Notes: generated by a model from the letters alone, not told the origin. 64,000 nucleotides of DNA from Octopus sinensis (GCF_006345805.1 NC_042998.1:133238001-133302000); one strand, 5' to 3'. Shown: positions 38,211-51,907, numbered from the stretch's first letter. Program-made: numbers and translations.

Positions 38211-39379
38211 AAAAGCGGCGATGATAAAGTGGTTATGAAGACGAAAAGGAGAAATCTTCGAAGCATGTTAAGTCTTAAATACTGTGGTAAATTATTTTTA
38301 AGCTTCCATCTTTTCGTCTGTTTAATGTTATTAAAAGAAACTTCTTCAGTCATTCTTTTAATTTTAAATATATTTTTTATTCTATTTAAATGAGAACAGC
38401 ATGATTTCAATTTTTAGATCACACCTTCAATGTAAATACTAGTCTTTGTTTATTCACTAAATAATTGACGAATCAACGGAAAGCAGAGAATTATGTTCAC
38501 GAAGAAATAACATGTAGGTGGCTTTTGGCATTCAATTTAAGTCTTTTCTTCTGCTGATATCAATTCATATTTCTCTGTTAAAAATCAAGTGCATACATGA
38601 TAATAATATACATATGCACACACATACATATGTGTGTGTGTGTGTGTGTGCTTATGTATGGATAAATGTGTATGTGCGTGAAGTGTACACTTGTGTCTTT
38701 ATGGAAAATATACATACGTATGCATATACGTAAGCATGTATACAAGCTTTTGCATGCGTGCATGCACATATTGGGTGCTACCATTCATAATCATAGCTAA
38801 TCTCATCTAACGTTTATAGTACGCTATACTACGCAACACTTTAAAATATTCCTATTCAAATTTACCGTCAATGAAATTCCATACATATGGAAACTATTTC
38901 ATGCACGAAGAATGTTTGACAATATCTATTCATACCAAATAAATGGTATTTATTTTATGGGAAATAATGTAGACTGCAAGCATATATGAACTGAAAGATT
39001 TAGAGGAAAGAAAAAAAAGAGAAAGTATTAAATCGCTTCATTCCGAGGCTATTGTCACGATCGTCTCTCCCAGGTTCTAGTCTGCTGAAGTATAATTTAG
39101 AAGGGCATCAACCAGAAGACATGTAACAACATCGACAACGACGTCGAATTAAACTATGGCGATGGTATCAGAATTACCATCTCATTTTTTCTGTATCAAT
39201 TCTTTTGTCAAAATTATTAATCTCAACGTAACCATCGCCATTATTACTACCACAAACAACAATATCACCATTACATCACCAGCATCACGAAGATTGTCAC
39301 CATTATTTTGAACAAACGATCACCAATACTAAGACCTATTCTACTATCACTTCTTTAGAAACATCACTTCTAATATTGA

Positions 39380-39487
39380 TTTCAAATTTTAGCACAAGGC
39401 CAGCAAAATCAGAAGCGTGGTTGAATCGATTACATCGACCTCAGTGCTCAACTGGTACTATTTTATCGCCGCCAGCTCGCCGCCTTC
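39380..39487 (-). mobile_element. SINE family A fragments
   Basis: TCGATTACATCGACCTCAGTGCTCAACTGGTAC and GCCAGCTCGCCGCCTT blocks. Confidence 0.65.
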
Positions 39488-39843
39488 ATCACTACCAATA
39501 TTAACCATCATTAATTACCACTGCCCACTACAGACACTACTGCCACCGCCACCAAGTAACCAATACTAATACAGTCACCCAAGGGCTCTGTACATGGTCG
39601 CTCGATTTGTGAGAATGATTTGCCAAAAGTGACTTAAATCATGCATCGTCACTTTAGAAAACGGAAGAACACAACAGTATTTTCTTTTAAAGCCTGGTGC
39701 TTGTTTTATCAATCTCTGTTACCAAAACACTTAGTTGCGGTGATATAAACAGCAGTGGTGAGGAACAACACAGACACAAAGAACCCCCCACACACACACA
39801 ACGCATACACACATACATAAATACATACATACACACACACACA

Positions 39844-39878
<35 letters not shown>

Positions 39879-39891
39879 CACACACACACAC

Positions 39892-39975
<84 letters not shown>

Positions 39976-39982
<7 letters not shown>

Positions 39983-40304
39983 AATTTAAGAGAATGACCA
40001 CTATATGGTCGACTCTAGCGCTAAAAATAGATCCGCTATGGTATTAGCCACTAAAAATTGTTTCCAAGGAGAATTAGCACAACATTTAACGTAAACGAGC
40101 AGGGCAAGTGAAAAATAACAAAAATATAGATTAACTCTGGACAATTGTTTTGCTACTAATTTTATTTTTCACTTGCCCTTCTCGTTTACGTTAAATGTTT
40201 TGTTAATTCTCCTTGGAAACAATTTTTAGTGGCTAATACCATAGTGGATCTATTTTTAGTGCTAGAGTCGACCATATAGTGGTCGCTCTCTTATATTTAT
40301 GTAT
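39976..40304. repeat. Fold-back element, ~143-bp arms, MITE-like
   Basis: 39976-40118 is the reverse complement of 40162-40304 with scattered mismatches. TA-rich flanks. Confidence 0.92.
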
Positions 40305-40430
40305 AATTTTTTATTGTATCCCTGATTTTTTATGCGCTAAGCCACTTGGTGTTAAAATGATGGTATTATTAAATTAATATCTAATTTTTCACCCTTATTT
40401 GTAATGTATATATATATATATATATATATA

Positions 40431-41336
40431 CAGAGTGTGATAGGTAAATTGTCGCCATTTTATATTTTCAATTTCGCGCATGCGCATTATTTGCTTTTGA
40501 TTTAACGACCACACAGTATGGTAGGTTTAGTTGGGCACCGTCTGTGAGAAAAACAGCACCATCACGCAATTCACTCTGCTAGCAATTTGGAAAGGGCATG
40601 CTGTACTGCTTGGCATTCACGCCGGAAGCTCCAATGCAAACATTTCAGCGTATTTGGGTGTCAATCTGAGGATAGCGGAATCTGAGGACATCTACTGAGA
40701 GTGATAAAAATCAAACATCCAATTGACATCATGGTGTTTTGGAGTGATCACTGGTGATGGTGACGTTATGCCTCCATTCACTTTCCCACACGGCCTGAAA
40801 CTCAACACGGAGGACTAGATCAGGTGCCTAAAGGACATAGTGCTGCCCTGGGTCTGGAAGATGGCTGCTGGAAGACCTTATATATTTTTGCAACAGGACT
40901 ATCAACCATACCATACAAACAAGAGAACCAAGTAATAGCTGTCAGACAATTTCTGCGACTACATCACTCCTAACAGCTGGCCACCTAACTCCCCAGATTG
41001 GGACTCCCTTGATTATAATGTGTGGGGTGCAGTTGAGCGAGAAACCAACAAAACTCCTTGTAACAACAAAGATGAACTGAAGGCAAAGATTATGGTAGCA
41101 TTCACCAACTTAAACCGTCCAGAAAAATTGCAGGAGATTCCAAAGTCGTCTGGAGTCCATGGTTGAAGCCAATGGCGATTTTATTGAATAAATTTACTAT
41201 TTAGTATTTCAAGAGATTTTTGTAAAGATATCTGTAAATATGTTTGAAATTTTGGTAAATATATCTGTTAAAATGAGATGTCAGTGTTAATTTCATTTTT
41301 GCGTAATTTAGACGCTAATATATTCACCGCACCCTG
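40431..41336 (+). mobile_element. maT (DD37D) Tc1/mariner deletion derivative
   Basis: QQD...WPPNSPDWDSLDY has 37 residues between the Ds. TA-flanked degenerate TIRs CAGAGTGTGATAGG and CACCGCACCCTG. Confidence 0.9.
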
Positions 41337-41351
41337 TATATATATATATAT

Positions 41352-41500
41352 TTCAGCCTACCAAATCCATTCACATGGCTTTGGTCGACCCGAGGCCATA
41401 GTAGAAGAAATTTGTCCAAGTTGACACGCGGTAGGACTGAACCTAGAATTATGTGGTTGGGAAGTCTGTAACTTGTATTGCCAAGTATATAGTGCCACTG
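41352..41500 (-). mobile_element. SINE family B 5' head fragment
   Basis: CTACCAAATCCATTCACATGGCTTTGGTCGACCCGAGGCCATAGTAGAAG is the reverse complement of the family B head. Confidence 0.75.
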
Positions 41501-42874
41501 CCACCACTTGAAGAATGTTCTTGCCTCCAAATTTCCTGTCTGGAGCTACTCTACTTTTGATCATTATAACTTATGCCTATCAGAAGGGCATGCAAGTCAC
41601 AACTACCACATTTCTTTTAATTTAAAGTAAAAATATAATTAAATTTTACGATTATGAAAAACATTTTTTTTTTCGCGATGTCTCAGTAAAAGACAGAATT
41701 GGTTATGGCTGTAATACATGGTTATTGATCTTCTCAATCGATACTGACCCAAGGTTAAGCAAAATAATAACAGACTGAACATGAAAACAAGCATAAAACA
41801 TACTAAAACATATTAAATCTGTAATAACAGCAAAATCTAAAATAACCTCAGCATCAACAACAATTAGAATAATGTTCATAGCAACAATAACAGCATTATC
41901 GACAAAATCAATAGCAACAATAATGACGCTAGAAATATGAATGCCATCACAAAGAGTAAAATATAACAGCATCAAAAGTAACGTTACTTCAATATGACAT
42001 TCATTGCCCCGCCATACGATAATTGCGACATCTATCCCATAATAATTCTGCTTGTCATTACGTTACTTAGCCCGTCATTACGTTACTTAGCGATAAAGAA
42101 AAGGTGAGAGAGAGAGAGAGGGGAAAGCGGGAGAGAGGAAGAGAGAGAGAGAGAAGCGCCCATGACGTATGGTAGGGGAAACGCAATTGTAATGCTTTCA
42201 ATTTTATGAGTGCTGTGCATTAAGTCTATCAAATTGTGCATAAAGTATATAAAGCGCATTAAGTATTCCAATTTCTTTCACTTTTCAATGAGTAGTAGAT
42301 AAGGCTAAGCTTCCCGTTTTTTTTTTTTTTTGGATAAAGTCTTCAGAAATAACCGAAGAGGTTTACCATTAATTCCATGAAATATTCATGGGCACCGCTA
42401 CTATAAATAAGCTGTAGTAACAACATAACAACAAAAGCGAAATGTGCTTGAAATAACATCCAATAGTCCTTCATGTTACACCACGCCATCATAAAAGAGT
42501 ATCAAGGATATATGAGATAATTTAGTTTTAGAATATAATGTCTGAAAAAGAGATGAGATGATCACAGCTGGAGCATCTCTGACCGGAAGGTCTGCTTGCT
42601 GAAGATTGAATAGGAGGTAAATAATAGCTACGAGCGAACGACAAACCCTTTATGTTGTCGCTTGAAATCCTACAAGTAGAAGTTAAATCTCCCTTAAATC
42701 ATACTCTACAGTCTTAGAAAGTGAAGGGCATAGTGACTAATACTGGCACTGGATACTCCTAGACTGTCGCAATAATCACGGCTGGAATGCCTTTGACCTG
42801 CTGAAAGGCAGTGCAGTCGTGGCTTAGGGTTAAGCATGAAAACCCATCAATAATAAAACTAGAAATAACGCTAG

Positions 42875-43075
42875 TCATATTGGCTTGAAAGTTTGGCAAA
42901 AGGCCTGCAATTTCGGGGAGAGGTAAGTCGATTACGTCGACCCCAGTATTCAACTGGTACTTTAATTTTATCGAGCCTGTAAGGATGAAAAGCAAAAAAT
43001 TTAGAACGTAAAGTTAGACGAACTGCTGCTAAGCATTTTACCCGGCGCTGAAACGATTCTGCCAGTTTACCGCTT
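42875..43075 (-). mobile_element. SINE family A, degenerate
   Basis: AAGTCGATTACGTCGACCCCAGTATTCAACTGGTAC...ACGATTCTGCCAG. Confidence 0.75.
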
Positions 43076-44397
43076 CAGTAACATTAGTAATATTACCATT
43101 AGCTTATCAACAGTACCACTTCTAAAGGTGTAACATCGCAAGAACCACCAATAAAAGTACTTCTACCACCATCATCAACTCGGAAATAACATACCGTAAA
43201 TACTACATCCATCACTGTTCCTCCATTAATATAACTAGCTATATCACCATTAACAAAACCACCGCCGCCAGCAGTGCCACCAGAGAAAATTTATGCTTAA
43301 CTACTTCAAAGACCACCACAACAGTCATCATCTTCAATAACACTACACAATGCATACTATATTTTATTGCTGTATATCATCACCACCATAGAAGAATAAT
43401 GCCGAACGACCACTACTCTTGTTATGCTAACACTCGTACCAAAACCATGCGCACGGTCATCAATATTCTCACCACCAACACAATCGCTAATATGAACACC
43501 ACCACCACCATCACCATCACCACCATCACCATCACCACCATCAACGTCACACCAACATGATGAATCCTACTATCAATATCACTACCAATACAGTAACCCT
43601 CCACTAGCACTAGTAGTATCACGAACAACAACAATAGCAATGATAACAGCAACAATAACGAGCCCGATATCTGTAAAGCCAAACAAAAAACACTATAAAA
43701 CAACTAAAGAAATAATAGCAGCAGGAGCCTAGCAAACAAAAGCAAGACCTACTAAACCGCACTCTACAGATGGATGGGTGCAAACCAGCAATTATGACGT
43801 ACGCTAATGTACACATTAGTTTTATGACTTTGCAAGAAGTGCATGTGGTGTGCTTTGTTTCTTTGTTAATTCATTAACACATACACCAATCACTGCAAAC
43901 TTCCTCTGCACCCTACCGCTGCACCCTACTGATGCACAGAATGATCTAATTTCATCTTTCAACAGCTCCTGTCTCCCACCACGTAGTCATAATAACCATC
44001 ATCACCATCGCACAGCTTCTTCCTCTGCAATTTGTTTAACTGGTATGCACACTTTTCACGTTGTTTTTATTGTTTCTATATTTATATTGTCATTGTTTTG
44101 ATATGGAGTAAAATGTTGTGTCTATGGGCTTCGTAGGCCCCCAGAAGTGGATAAGATTAAAGCTCTTCAATAGCTTCATATGGGACAATGAAGGAAAAAC
44201 ATGTGCCGGGAGGAATTTTTAGAGGGAAGATGTTTGGGGTGGAATGATATGCGTAGTATTAGTGAAGGGTCTAAGCAGTTGCATAATTTGGGCGAGGAGA
44301 GGAAGAGAGGTAAGTGTCCAGGAGAGAGATGTTAATGGTTTAGTAAATATTAGTATACCAGAGTACTTGTTTTCATCGTATACGCTATAAAATATAT

Positions 44398-44558
44398 ATT
44401 CCTTTACTACCCACAAGGGGCTAAACTTAATTTATCGACCCCGAAAGGATGAAAGGCAAAGTCGACCTCGGCGGAATTTGAACTCAGAACGTAACGGCAG
44501 ACGAAATACGGCTACGCATTTCGCCCGGCGTGCTAACGTTTCTGCCAGCTCGCCGCCT
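44398..44558 (-). mobile_element. SINE family A, young-looking with internal deletion
   Basis: Near-consensus head and body joined directly to the last part of the tail. Confidence 0.92.
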
Positions 44559-45116
44559 CGACTCTATAAAATATATGAGTAAATATTTCATTAACCACAC
44601 TTTATTTTTAAAAATTCATTTACAATTAAAATAAAACACACTTACTCACGTGCAGAGAAAAGAGGGAAATGATAAATTTCTTGTCGTAAACTCAGAATCC
44701 ATAACTCAATCCTAAGAGTGAGAGCAACGTGTAGCGGCGAACAGCTTCAGAATCTTGCAATTCTGACTTAACATGCATGAAGAGGCAAAGCGTGTAGAAT
44801 AATTACGTTCTGTCGCGTGTAGATTTAGTAGATGTCTGAAACTTCTTATAGCCTTAAAACTGCCTTGTGTTTAAGCAAGCATGATAAATAAATGCGGTAA
44901 TGCGAATAAATACTTAAAACTTGACTCTATTATAAGACTAGGGCATACTTATAAATTGCTGCAGTACATTATAGTAAATTATTCAACTGATGCTCTACTA
45001 CGTTTTAATAGTTCTTCTCTTACAACCGTTAAAATGAAAACAAGTAAAATAAAACAATTACAGCAACAGTAATTATAACTTTGGCAAATCTGCTAAGAAA
45101 TCCAGCCAACTCATAC

Positions 45117-45176
45117 CAGCATGGTGACTATAAAAACAACCCCCCGATGAGATGGTTGCGTCTCCTGGCGGTGTCA
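45117..45176 (-). CDS. Candidate downstream exon; splicing from the 45360 donor gives AGA-TGA, a probable stop
   Basis: Strong acceptor TTTTTGTTTGTTGTGCAG and possible donor CTG|GTATGA. Frame relationship unresolved. Confidence 0.35.
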
Positions 45177-45359
45177 TCTGCACAACAAACAAAAAGTACA
45201 AAAACATTAACCACACTTTTCAAATTTTCAATTGGATTCATTACCATTTGAATACAATAGAAGAGAAACGATCGGATGTAGAGAGTATTAAACTGTAATA
45301 CAACTTCATAGACCTTTACTTCAATTGTAGTGTGTTTCTTCGTTTACTTGGGCACTCAC

Positions 45360-45535
45360 CTAATTGTGCACTCAATTGGGAATGGGTACCACTTCATCCG
45401 GTAACGCCATCTTCGATACGTCTGTTCTGTGAGGTGTTTATCACACATTTGCTTATTGCAATGGACAATTAAAGGCAATGAGGAAACGTCTAGTTGATCA
45501 CTGAATTTGTAAGATGTAGCCACAAAGCATCCTTG
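45360..45535 (-). CDS. Candidate coding exon of an unidentified gene (QGCFVATSYKF...MKWYPFPIECTI)
   Basis: Polypyrimidine tract plus TACAG acceptor and TAG|GTGAGT donor. 176 nt, open only in phase 0. Confidence 0.6.
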
Positions 45536-46147
45536 CTGTAATTTTCAAAAACCAAAAAAAAAAAAAGGGGAAAGTAAAAGAAAAACAAACTAACAAATGG
45601 ACGAGATGACCAAAGATACAAAAATATTATATCAACCATCTGGATCAGTGCTGACCCGCAACCAATTACCTGTAACAGCTGAAGTTAAACATCAGCTCTC
45701 AAACGCCTATCGGAGTTTTTGCTACAAACGTTAAATACCACACTCGATGTTTAGCTGTGTATAGATGTCGCTATAATAGAGTCACAAGGACGAGGATCAC
45801 TTGTTACAGTAAGAAAATACTTAATTTCTATTAGTTACTTACTCTCCAGACAGCTGAAAGACGATTCACAGTGGAGCATTATGGACTGCCACAGACACAA
45901 ACTACTGAGACTGGAAAATACTCGCCAACATTCCATTAGTTTTATCGACGTTCTGCTTTGGCCTGTCTATCTCATCTAGAATGGTTTCTTCCCATCACAT
46001 CTAGTAATCTTTACATACTCTTCAACGGGAATCCAGTCAACACACTTCTCTTTCTTCGTCTCTTCACTATGCTTCATCTCGCAGGTTCGCATGAAACACA
46101 TCGCCCCCACCTTTTTTTCGTTACTATCTCAGATATACAGAAAAGTC

Positions 46148-46535
46148 ATTTCTACTCTAGACAGAAGACCCGAAATTTTGTGGGAGGGGCCATTCGATTA
46201 GATCAATCCCAGTACGCAACTGGTACTTAATTTATCGATCCTGAAAGGATGACAGGCAAAGTCGACCTCGGCGAAATTTGAACTCAAAACATAAAGAGAC
46301 GAAATACCTATTTCTTTACAACCCACAAGGGGCTAAACACAGAGAGGACAAACAAGGACAGACAAACGGATTAAGTCGATTATATCGACCCCAGTGCATA
46401 ACTGGTACTTATTTAATCGACCCTGAAAGGATGAAAGGCAAAGTCGACCTCGGCGGAATTTGAGCGTAACAGCAGACGAAATACCGCTCAGCATTTTGCC
46501 CGGCGTGCTAACGTTTCTGCCAGCTCGCCGCCTTA
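46148..46535 (-). mobile_element. SINE family A dimer
   Basis: Head unit plus a second unit joined at AAAGAAATAG|GTATTTCGTC (46307/46308), the same junction as the 20.7-kb trimer. Confidence 0.92.
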
Positions 46536-47237
46536 GATATACAGAAGAGTATATTGTTTTTCATACTGACTCAAATATACAAAATTGGTATATAAAGACA
46601 TAATTCTATAAAGCTTATATTCTCTGGTTTCAATACGTATAATCGAAATGTACAGCTCTCAGTTTTACTTGGGTCAAAGATATTGTAAATAAGTTGCAGA
46701 GAATTGCCGATTTTGTTTTTCTATGCAATCTTAGAGACAAACAAGTGGAGCGCCAACATGTTGAAATCACGATTCATGGATTGCTACAGTAGTAAGCAGT
46801 AATTCACACAATAGATTTTGCCAAGTAGCAGAACATTTGAAGCAGTGTGATCTTTGTTAAAGGAAACTACTCACTAGATTTTAGTGTTAAATACGTATTA
46901 TCTATCTGACGGACTTCTACAGCCCATTCTACTAAATTTCTGACACAAGGCTTATAACGACCCAAATCTCAGGTACGAAAAGGAAACGAGTTCATGATGC
47001 ATAGCTGTGACATTGAGGTAAAGTAATAAGGAACTGTCATGCTTACATCAAAATCAAAATATCAGAATTACTGAGATTAAACTCAAATCTTTATGAGTCA
47101 AAGATAAAAAAAATTAAGAAAGCGAAATCCGCACAAAATTTATTTTAAAAAGTTCTGGTGTGTTTGTCTTAATCATGCGAAAACAATAGATACCGGAGCA
47201 TTACAACTCAGGTTACTATTTCGTCATACACACTAAC

Positions 47238-47345
47238 CTTTATCAGCAATACTTCCATACGGTAATAAGCAGAGGAGTGATAAAAGCGTCTTAGAATAGT
47301 CTCAACAAACTTGGAATTATCAGATGAACCAGTTACTATTCCCAT
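47238..47345 (-). CDS. Candidate coding exon (MGIVTGSSDNSKFVETILRRFYHSSAYYRMEVLLIK)
   Basis: Acceptor TTCTATTCCACTTTAAG and donor AAG|GTTAGT. 108 nt, phase 0-0, the only open frame, and phase-compatible with 45535-45360. Confidence 0.55.
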
Positions 47346-48415
47346 CTTAAAGTGGAATAGAACCAAAGTTCTATGAACTTGTAATTCAATACTCTATATA
47401 TTTGTGCATTTCTTTCCTAATTATTTTGATATTATTTGTATTGGATGTCAATAAATCAAGCTGAAATTTTGATAATTGTAAATGTTTAGTGCGTTTGTAA
47501 ATTTTGTTTGTTTGCCGTCGAAATCAATATTTGACCTAATATTTAAAATTGTAACAAATGAAAAGAAAGGAAACTTTTCCCTAAACTTGCGGTCGGTTTT
47601 TGAATTAATTTTACATGGCTAACTATTCTAACTGAAAAGTCGAATAAATATTTTCCTTAAAAAACAATGATTGAAAGAGATGTAGTTTTCTTTGTGTAGT
47701 TTCTGAGAACAGTAAAACAGAGACTGAGCAAGTAAACAAGCGCAAAAGTGATGCCTGAAATGTTTGATGGTTGGATATGCAGGATTGGAAAAATGATCAT
47801 AGTATTCTAAAACGGAGCAGTAGCAGTAACAGAAAAAATTAGCGTTAAATAATTCATAACTTAGGAAATTATGGTAGCCTTGCACCGCAGTAGATGAAAA
47901 CTAGCATTAAATTATTTACAACTTATGGAAGACAGTTGATATTTAACGTTGTAATCACAAAGAACCAGGAAAAGTGTCTTAGAACTGCAGAGAGTAGTTA
48001 ATTTGAAAGAGGAAAATTTATTTCTTTCATTATATTTTTCTTACTTTCTTCTTTTTGTTTTAAACTTTCTATTTCATGCTTTCTTATGTAGTGGAGGAAT
48101 CAAGAAAAACAGTCGGAAAATGCTGCTCTGACCTTTTCCATATAACTAGGTTACTAAGTGGACTGTTTAAAGTCACAGCTTCAAATTCACACACACGCAC
48201 ACAAACGCCTGCGCGTGTGCGCACACATAAGATTAAATAAATATCGAGAATTTGAAGGTCCAATGCTTTAGAGTAGTGCTACTTAAACCTTTTTATTACC
48301 CCCACTTTTACGCAAACTTTTTCAATACCCACTTTACTTCTACAGTAGCAACAATAACAACTGCACAAATACTTCAAATACGGATCACATACCAAGGAAA
48401 AATTGCTACGTCGAA

Positions 48416-48462
48416 CTATATGACGCATGTGTTTCTGCATCGTTGCGCATCATCAGCTACAG
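48416..48462 (-). ncRNA. Candidate type-I hammerhead-like motif
   Basis: CTGTAG CTGATGA TGCG CAACGA TGCA GAAA C ACATGC G TC ATATAG. A degenerate inverted sister copy lies at 48589-48633. Confidence 0.45.
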
Positions 48463-48689
48463 ACAGCGTGTCATCAGTGTTTCATTTAATTGTAGCTCTC
48501 TTTGTTCGTAACCAAACCCAAAACTTTGCTCATTTGATATTCTAATAGAACAACAAGTTCTTCGTGGTATGAACGACGACTCAGTATCCGTAGCGGGTAA
48601 TGCACAACGACACAGAAACGCATGAGTCCTACGATGAGACCATTCTATCGTGACAATTTCTAGGGCGAATATGATAAATATGATTGTAC

Positions 48690-49596
48690 ACACCGATATC
48701 GAGAGCGCTTTTCTTATTACAGGAAAGCGAAACAAAATCACAGATTTTATGAAGAAAGTTTACTTACTAATTTGTCATAAAACTGAACGATGAAGACAAA
48801 ACTTGGGTATCTCATTTAGTATGTAAAACATGCGTTTAAAAACTGAAACAACAACTGTTTCACATGCTTAAGCCGAAAGTTTCCAGCTTTGTCTTGTGAG
48901 AAAATTAAGGTTAGTGTATCTGATGCGCCACAGATTAGGTGGCTATTGCAGACTAACAGTTTTGGTGGACTGTGTCCGGCGTTGAAAAAAAAAGTATGGT
49001 ATGTTTTTGCTGCAGTTGTGTCTGATTTCTTGAATAGCAGAAAGTCTTCAATTTATGTAGAATTTCTGCAAACCCTGTTAACTAGTTTGCGGACATGGGC
49101 TGCAACATGAGTGTAAAAGGGAATTTCCTGCACAATCATTTGGACCACTTCCCTAAAAATCATAGTGCAATAAGCAAGAAGATGTGCAAAGAGAAAGATT
49201 CCTCCAAGATATCAATGCCATGGAGACTAGGTATCAAGGCAGATGGAATATAATCATGATGGCTGACTACTGCTGGTCTCCGCAAAGACTGTAGCGGTAC
49301 AAGTTATTCATGCAAAGCAGTAGAAAGAAAGTTCACTCCTTGATTATTGGAAACTCCTGTTTCACAGAAATATCTATCTTATGATTTGTAATTAAACACT
49401 TTGTGTAATAAATTTCTTAAACACTACAAAGTACTATTTGGTTTGTGTTAGTTTCTGATTTCAGTGTTTCATTTAATGGTAAAACTGATATATTTTGATA
49501 AAAAATGAACTCTTGTTCAGCAAAAAAGTTGACGTGATAGAAGAAAACTGGTTGTCGTTTTAAAACCAGTATGCTAGTTTTAGACTAAATCAAGTG
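48690..49596 (+). mobile_element. CMC/Chapaev3-like DNA transposon relic (internally deleted)
   Basis: NKITDFMKKVY...DEDKTWVSHLVCKTC, then MGCNMSVK.NFLHNHLDHFP, ERFLQDINAMETRYQGRWN..MMADYCW. 3' end GTTGACGTGATAGAAGAAAACTGG...AGTG. The superfamily name is from recall of the protein family. Confidence 0.7.
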
Positions 49597-50354
49597 AAAC
49601 AGCAAACTGAATTGAAATTATATTCTAAAAGCATATATGTGTACGTATGTACGTATGTATGCATGAATCTATGTATGGGTGTATTTATACAAGTATAACT
49701 GTACGAATGTGTGTATCTATATACGTTACTGAAAGTATCTGGGAACAGGGATATAAGAAAAAATGTTATCAATAAATTTTTTATAAGTTTATTCAAATAA
49801 TCGCGAAACTGAAAAGAATATCGCAAGTGAAAACTTGTAATTTCAGTCTTTAATATTTTGCAGGCTGCACTTGTTCAACAATCAATGTTGAGAGTTTATC
49901 CATTGGAATATTTTAATGTTTTGGTAAACTTCTTAAATATATCTTTTCGCCAAGACCTGCATACAGTGTTTTCTATCCGCTATAGCGTCAGTGTGTAATA
50001 GCTCAAAGCAAAAACTAAATCCCTCACTTCATTAAGCTATACTGTTATATACAGTACACATTTACCCTTACTTCTCCCTCCTCATACACTATCACATATG
50101 GCACTTTATTCCATGTAAAAAAGCATAAATCAATTTTATCGTCTATATTTTATCTCTTTCCTTAACAACAGTGTATTCCTTAATCTCTCTCTCTCTCTCT
50201 CTCTCTCACTCTTCCATTTTGTCTCTCAGCTTTTCTTAGTCATTTTCTATCTCCCCTCTCTTATATTGGCCCTTCTCTCATGAATAATGTTTCAAGTTTA
50301 TTGTATTACTATAGTTAATGAATGTATAGTTAACATAAAGATCCATATTGTCTA

Positions 50355-50545
50355 CTTTTGGCAAAAGGTCAGCAATTTCTAGGTATGGTAATTCGAGAGC
50401 ATCGGCCCAATTCTTCGCAGGGACCTTATGTTATCGACCCAGGTGAAATGAGAGGCAGAGCTGATCTTGAACGGGCTTTGAATTCAGAAGACAAAGGGCC
50501 AGAAGAAATGGTGCTAGGGATTTTCTCCTGCGCTGTGACGATTCT
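50355..50545 (-). mobile_element. SINE family A, highly degenerate
   Basis: TTATCGACCCAGGTGAAATGAGAGGCAGAG...GACGATTCTGC. Confidence 0.55.
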
Positions 50546-50698
50546 GCTTAATACTGATACTGAACTGAGACAGTCTTCTGTAAGACATTCTTGTGATAAA
50601 ATTTTTTATCCGTGAAACACTGAAATTATAAGGTAAAATCTGGAAATGTGGTAGATCAACTAATTGTTGTCCAAATAAGGGATGGCAGAGGTCAAATT

Positions 50699-50731
<33 letters not shown>

Positions 50732-51125
50732 ATCTATCTATCTATCTATATCTATCTATCTATCATATATATATATATAGCGAGAGAGAGAGATATGTAT
50801 GCATATTTAACAACGAAAAAACAGAGTACAAGACAAACAATACAAGGAATATTCCCCTTCATCAGCTGTCCCTGGTTCGAAGGTAAGGACAGAACACGAT
50901 CTGCTCGAAGCAGTCCTTCTTTCAAAATGAATTAAATTTCTTTTGCAGAGGGGTAAAACAAGGAAAGAAAAAAAGTGACAAAAACAGGACGTAAAAGCAA
51001 TACAAATAAAAATACAGTACACATAAAGAATAAAAACAGGACAATGAAACCAACGTATATATATATGTATATATATGTGTGTATATATATATATGTGTGT
51101 ATATATGTGTATGTATGTATGTATA

Positions 51126-51174
<49 letters not shown>

Positions 51175-51835
51175 CTCTCTCTCTCTCTCTCTCTCTCTCC
51201 ATATATATATATATATATATACACACACAGTCAAAAGATATGAGATCGAATCTCAATATAGAAAACAGTTGCACTCAAATGATTTGAACTTATACTCCAA
51301 TATCTTTACGGAAGACCTAGTCATCAGGGTTAAGTGTAGCTATAACGGGAATTCAAATGAGCAGATATGGAGAAGATTCAAATTCAAACTGAATTAAACC
51401 TTGGATTTTAATGAACAACACAATATTTATAAATGTGCACATATAAAATGATAAAGCAAACTTCAGATTTTGTAAAAAATTTTTGGTATAGATGTACATA
51501 TGTTTGTTAATAGAGCAAACCTACTCAGATTACATAAACTCAAAGAATTACAGGAGAGAGAGCGTTACAAGTCCGACAGCTGTTTCTGAGTGCCCGGAGT
51601 TATTTTATAACGTTGGTAGATATAGTTCATCAAAAGTTTGCAGCCAGTAATGGAAAAATATAAACATTGGTAAAGTCTGGTGCCTCGTCCATTGGGGTGG
51701 GTAGATAAGAGTATCAGATCATTATGCAAGGAAATTAAAAGGTAGAATATTCTACCTTTAAAGGTTTTTATCTGTTTATTTGAATTATCTCTCTCGTTCA
51801 CCCTCTCCCTCTTTCTCTGTCTCTCTCTCTCTCTC

Positions 51836-51907
<72 letters not shown>

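Noticed and set aside
39990-40015. GACCA-CTATA-TGGTC hairpin suggestive of a hammerhead stem II
   Set aside because: The flanking CUGANGA and GAAA core sequences are absent.
44650-44835. Possible minus-strand exon after the 45-kb cluster
   Set aside because: Stops in all frames between the acceptor and donor.
47628-47885. 85-aa minus-strand ORF with a good acceptor next to the exon cluster
   Set aside because: No phase-0 donor to join the 47345 exon.
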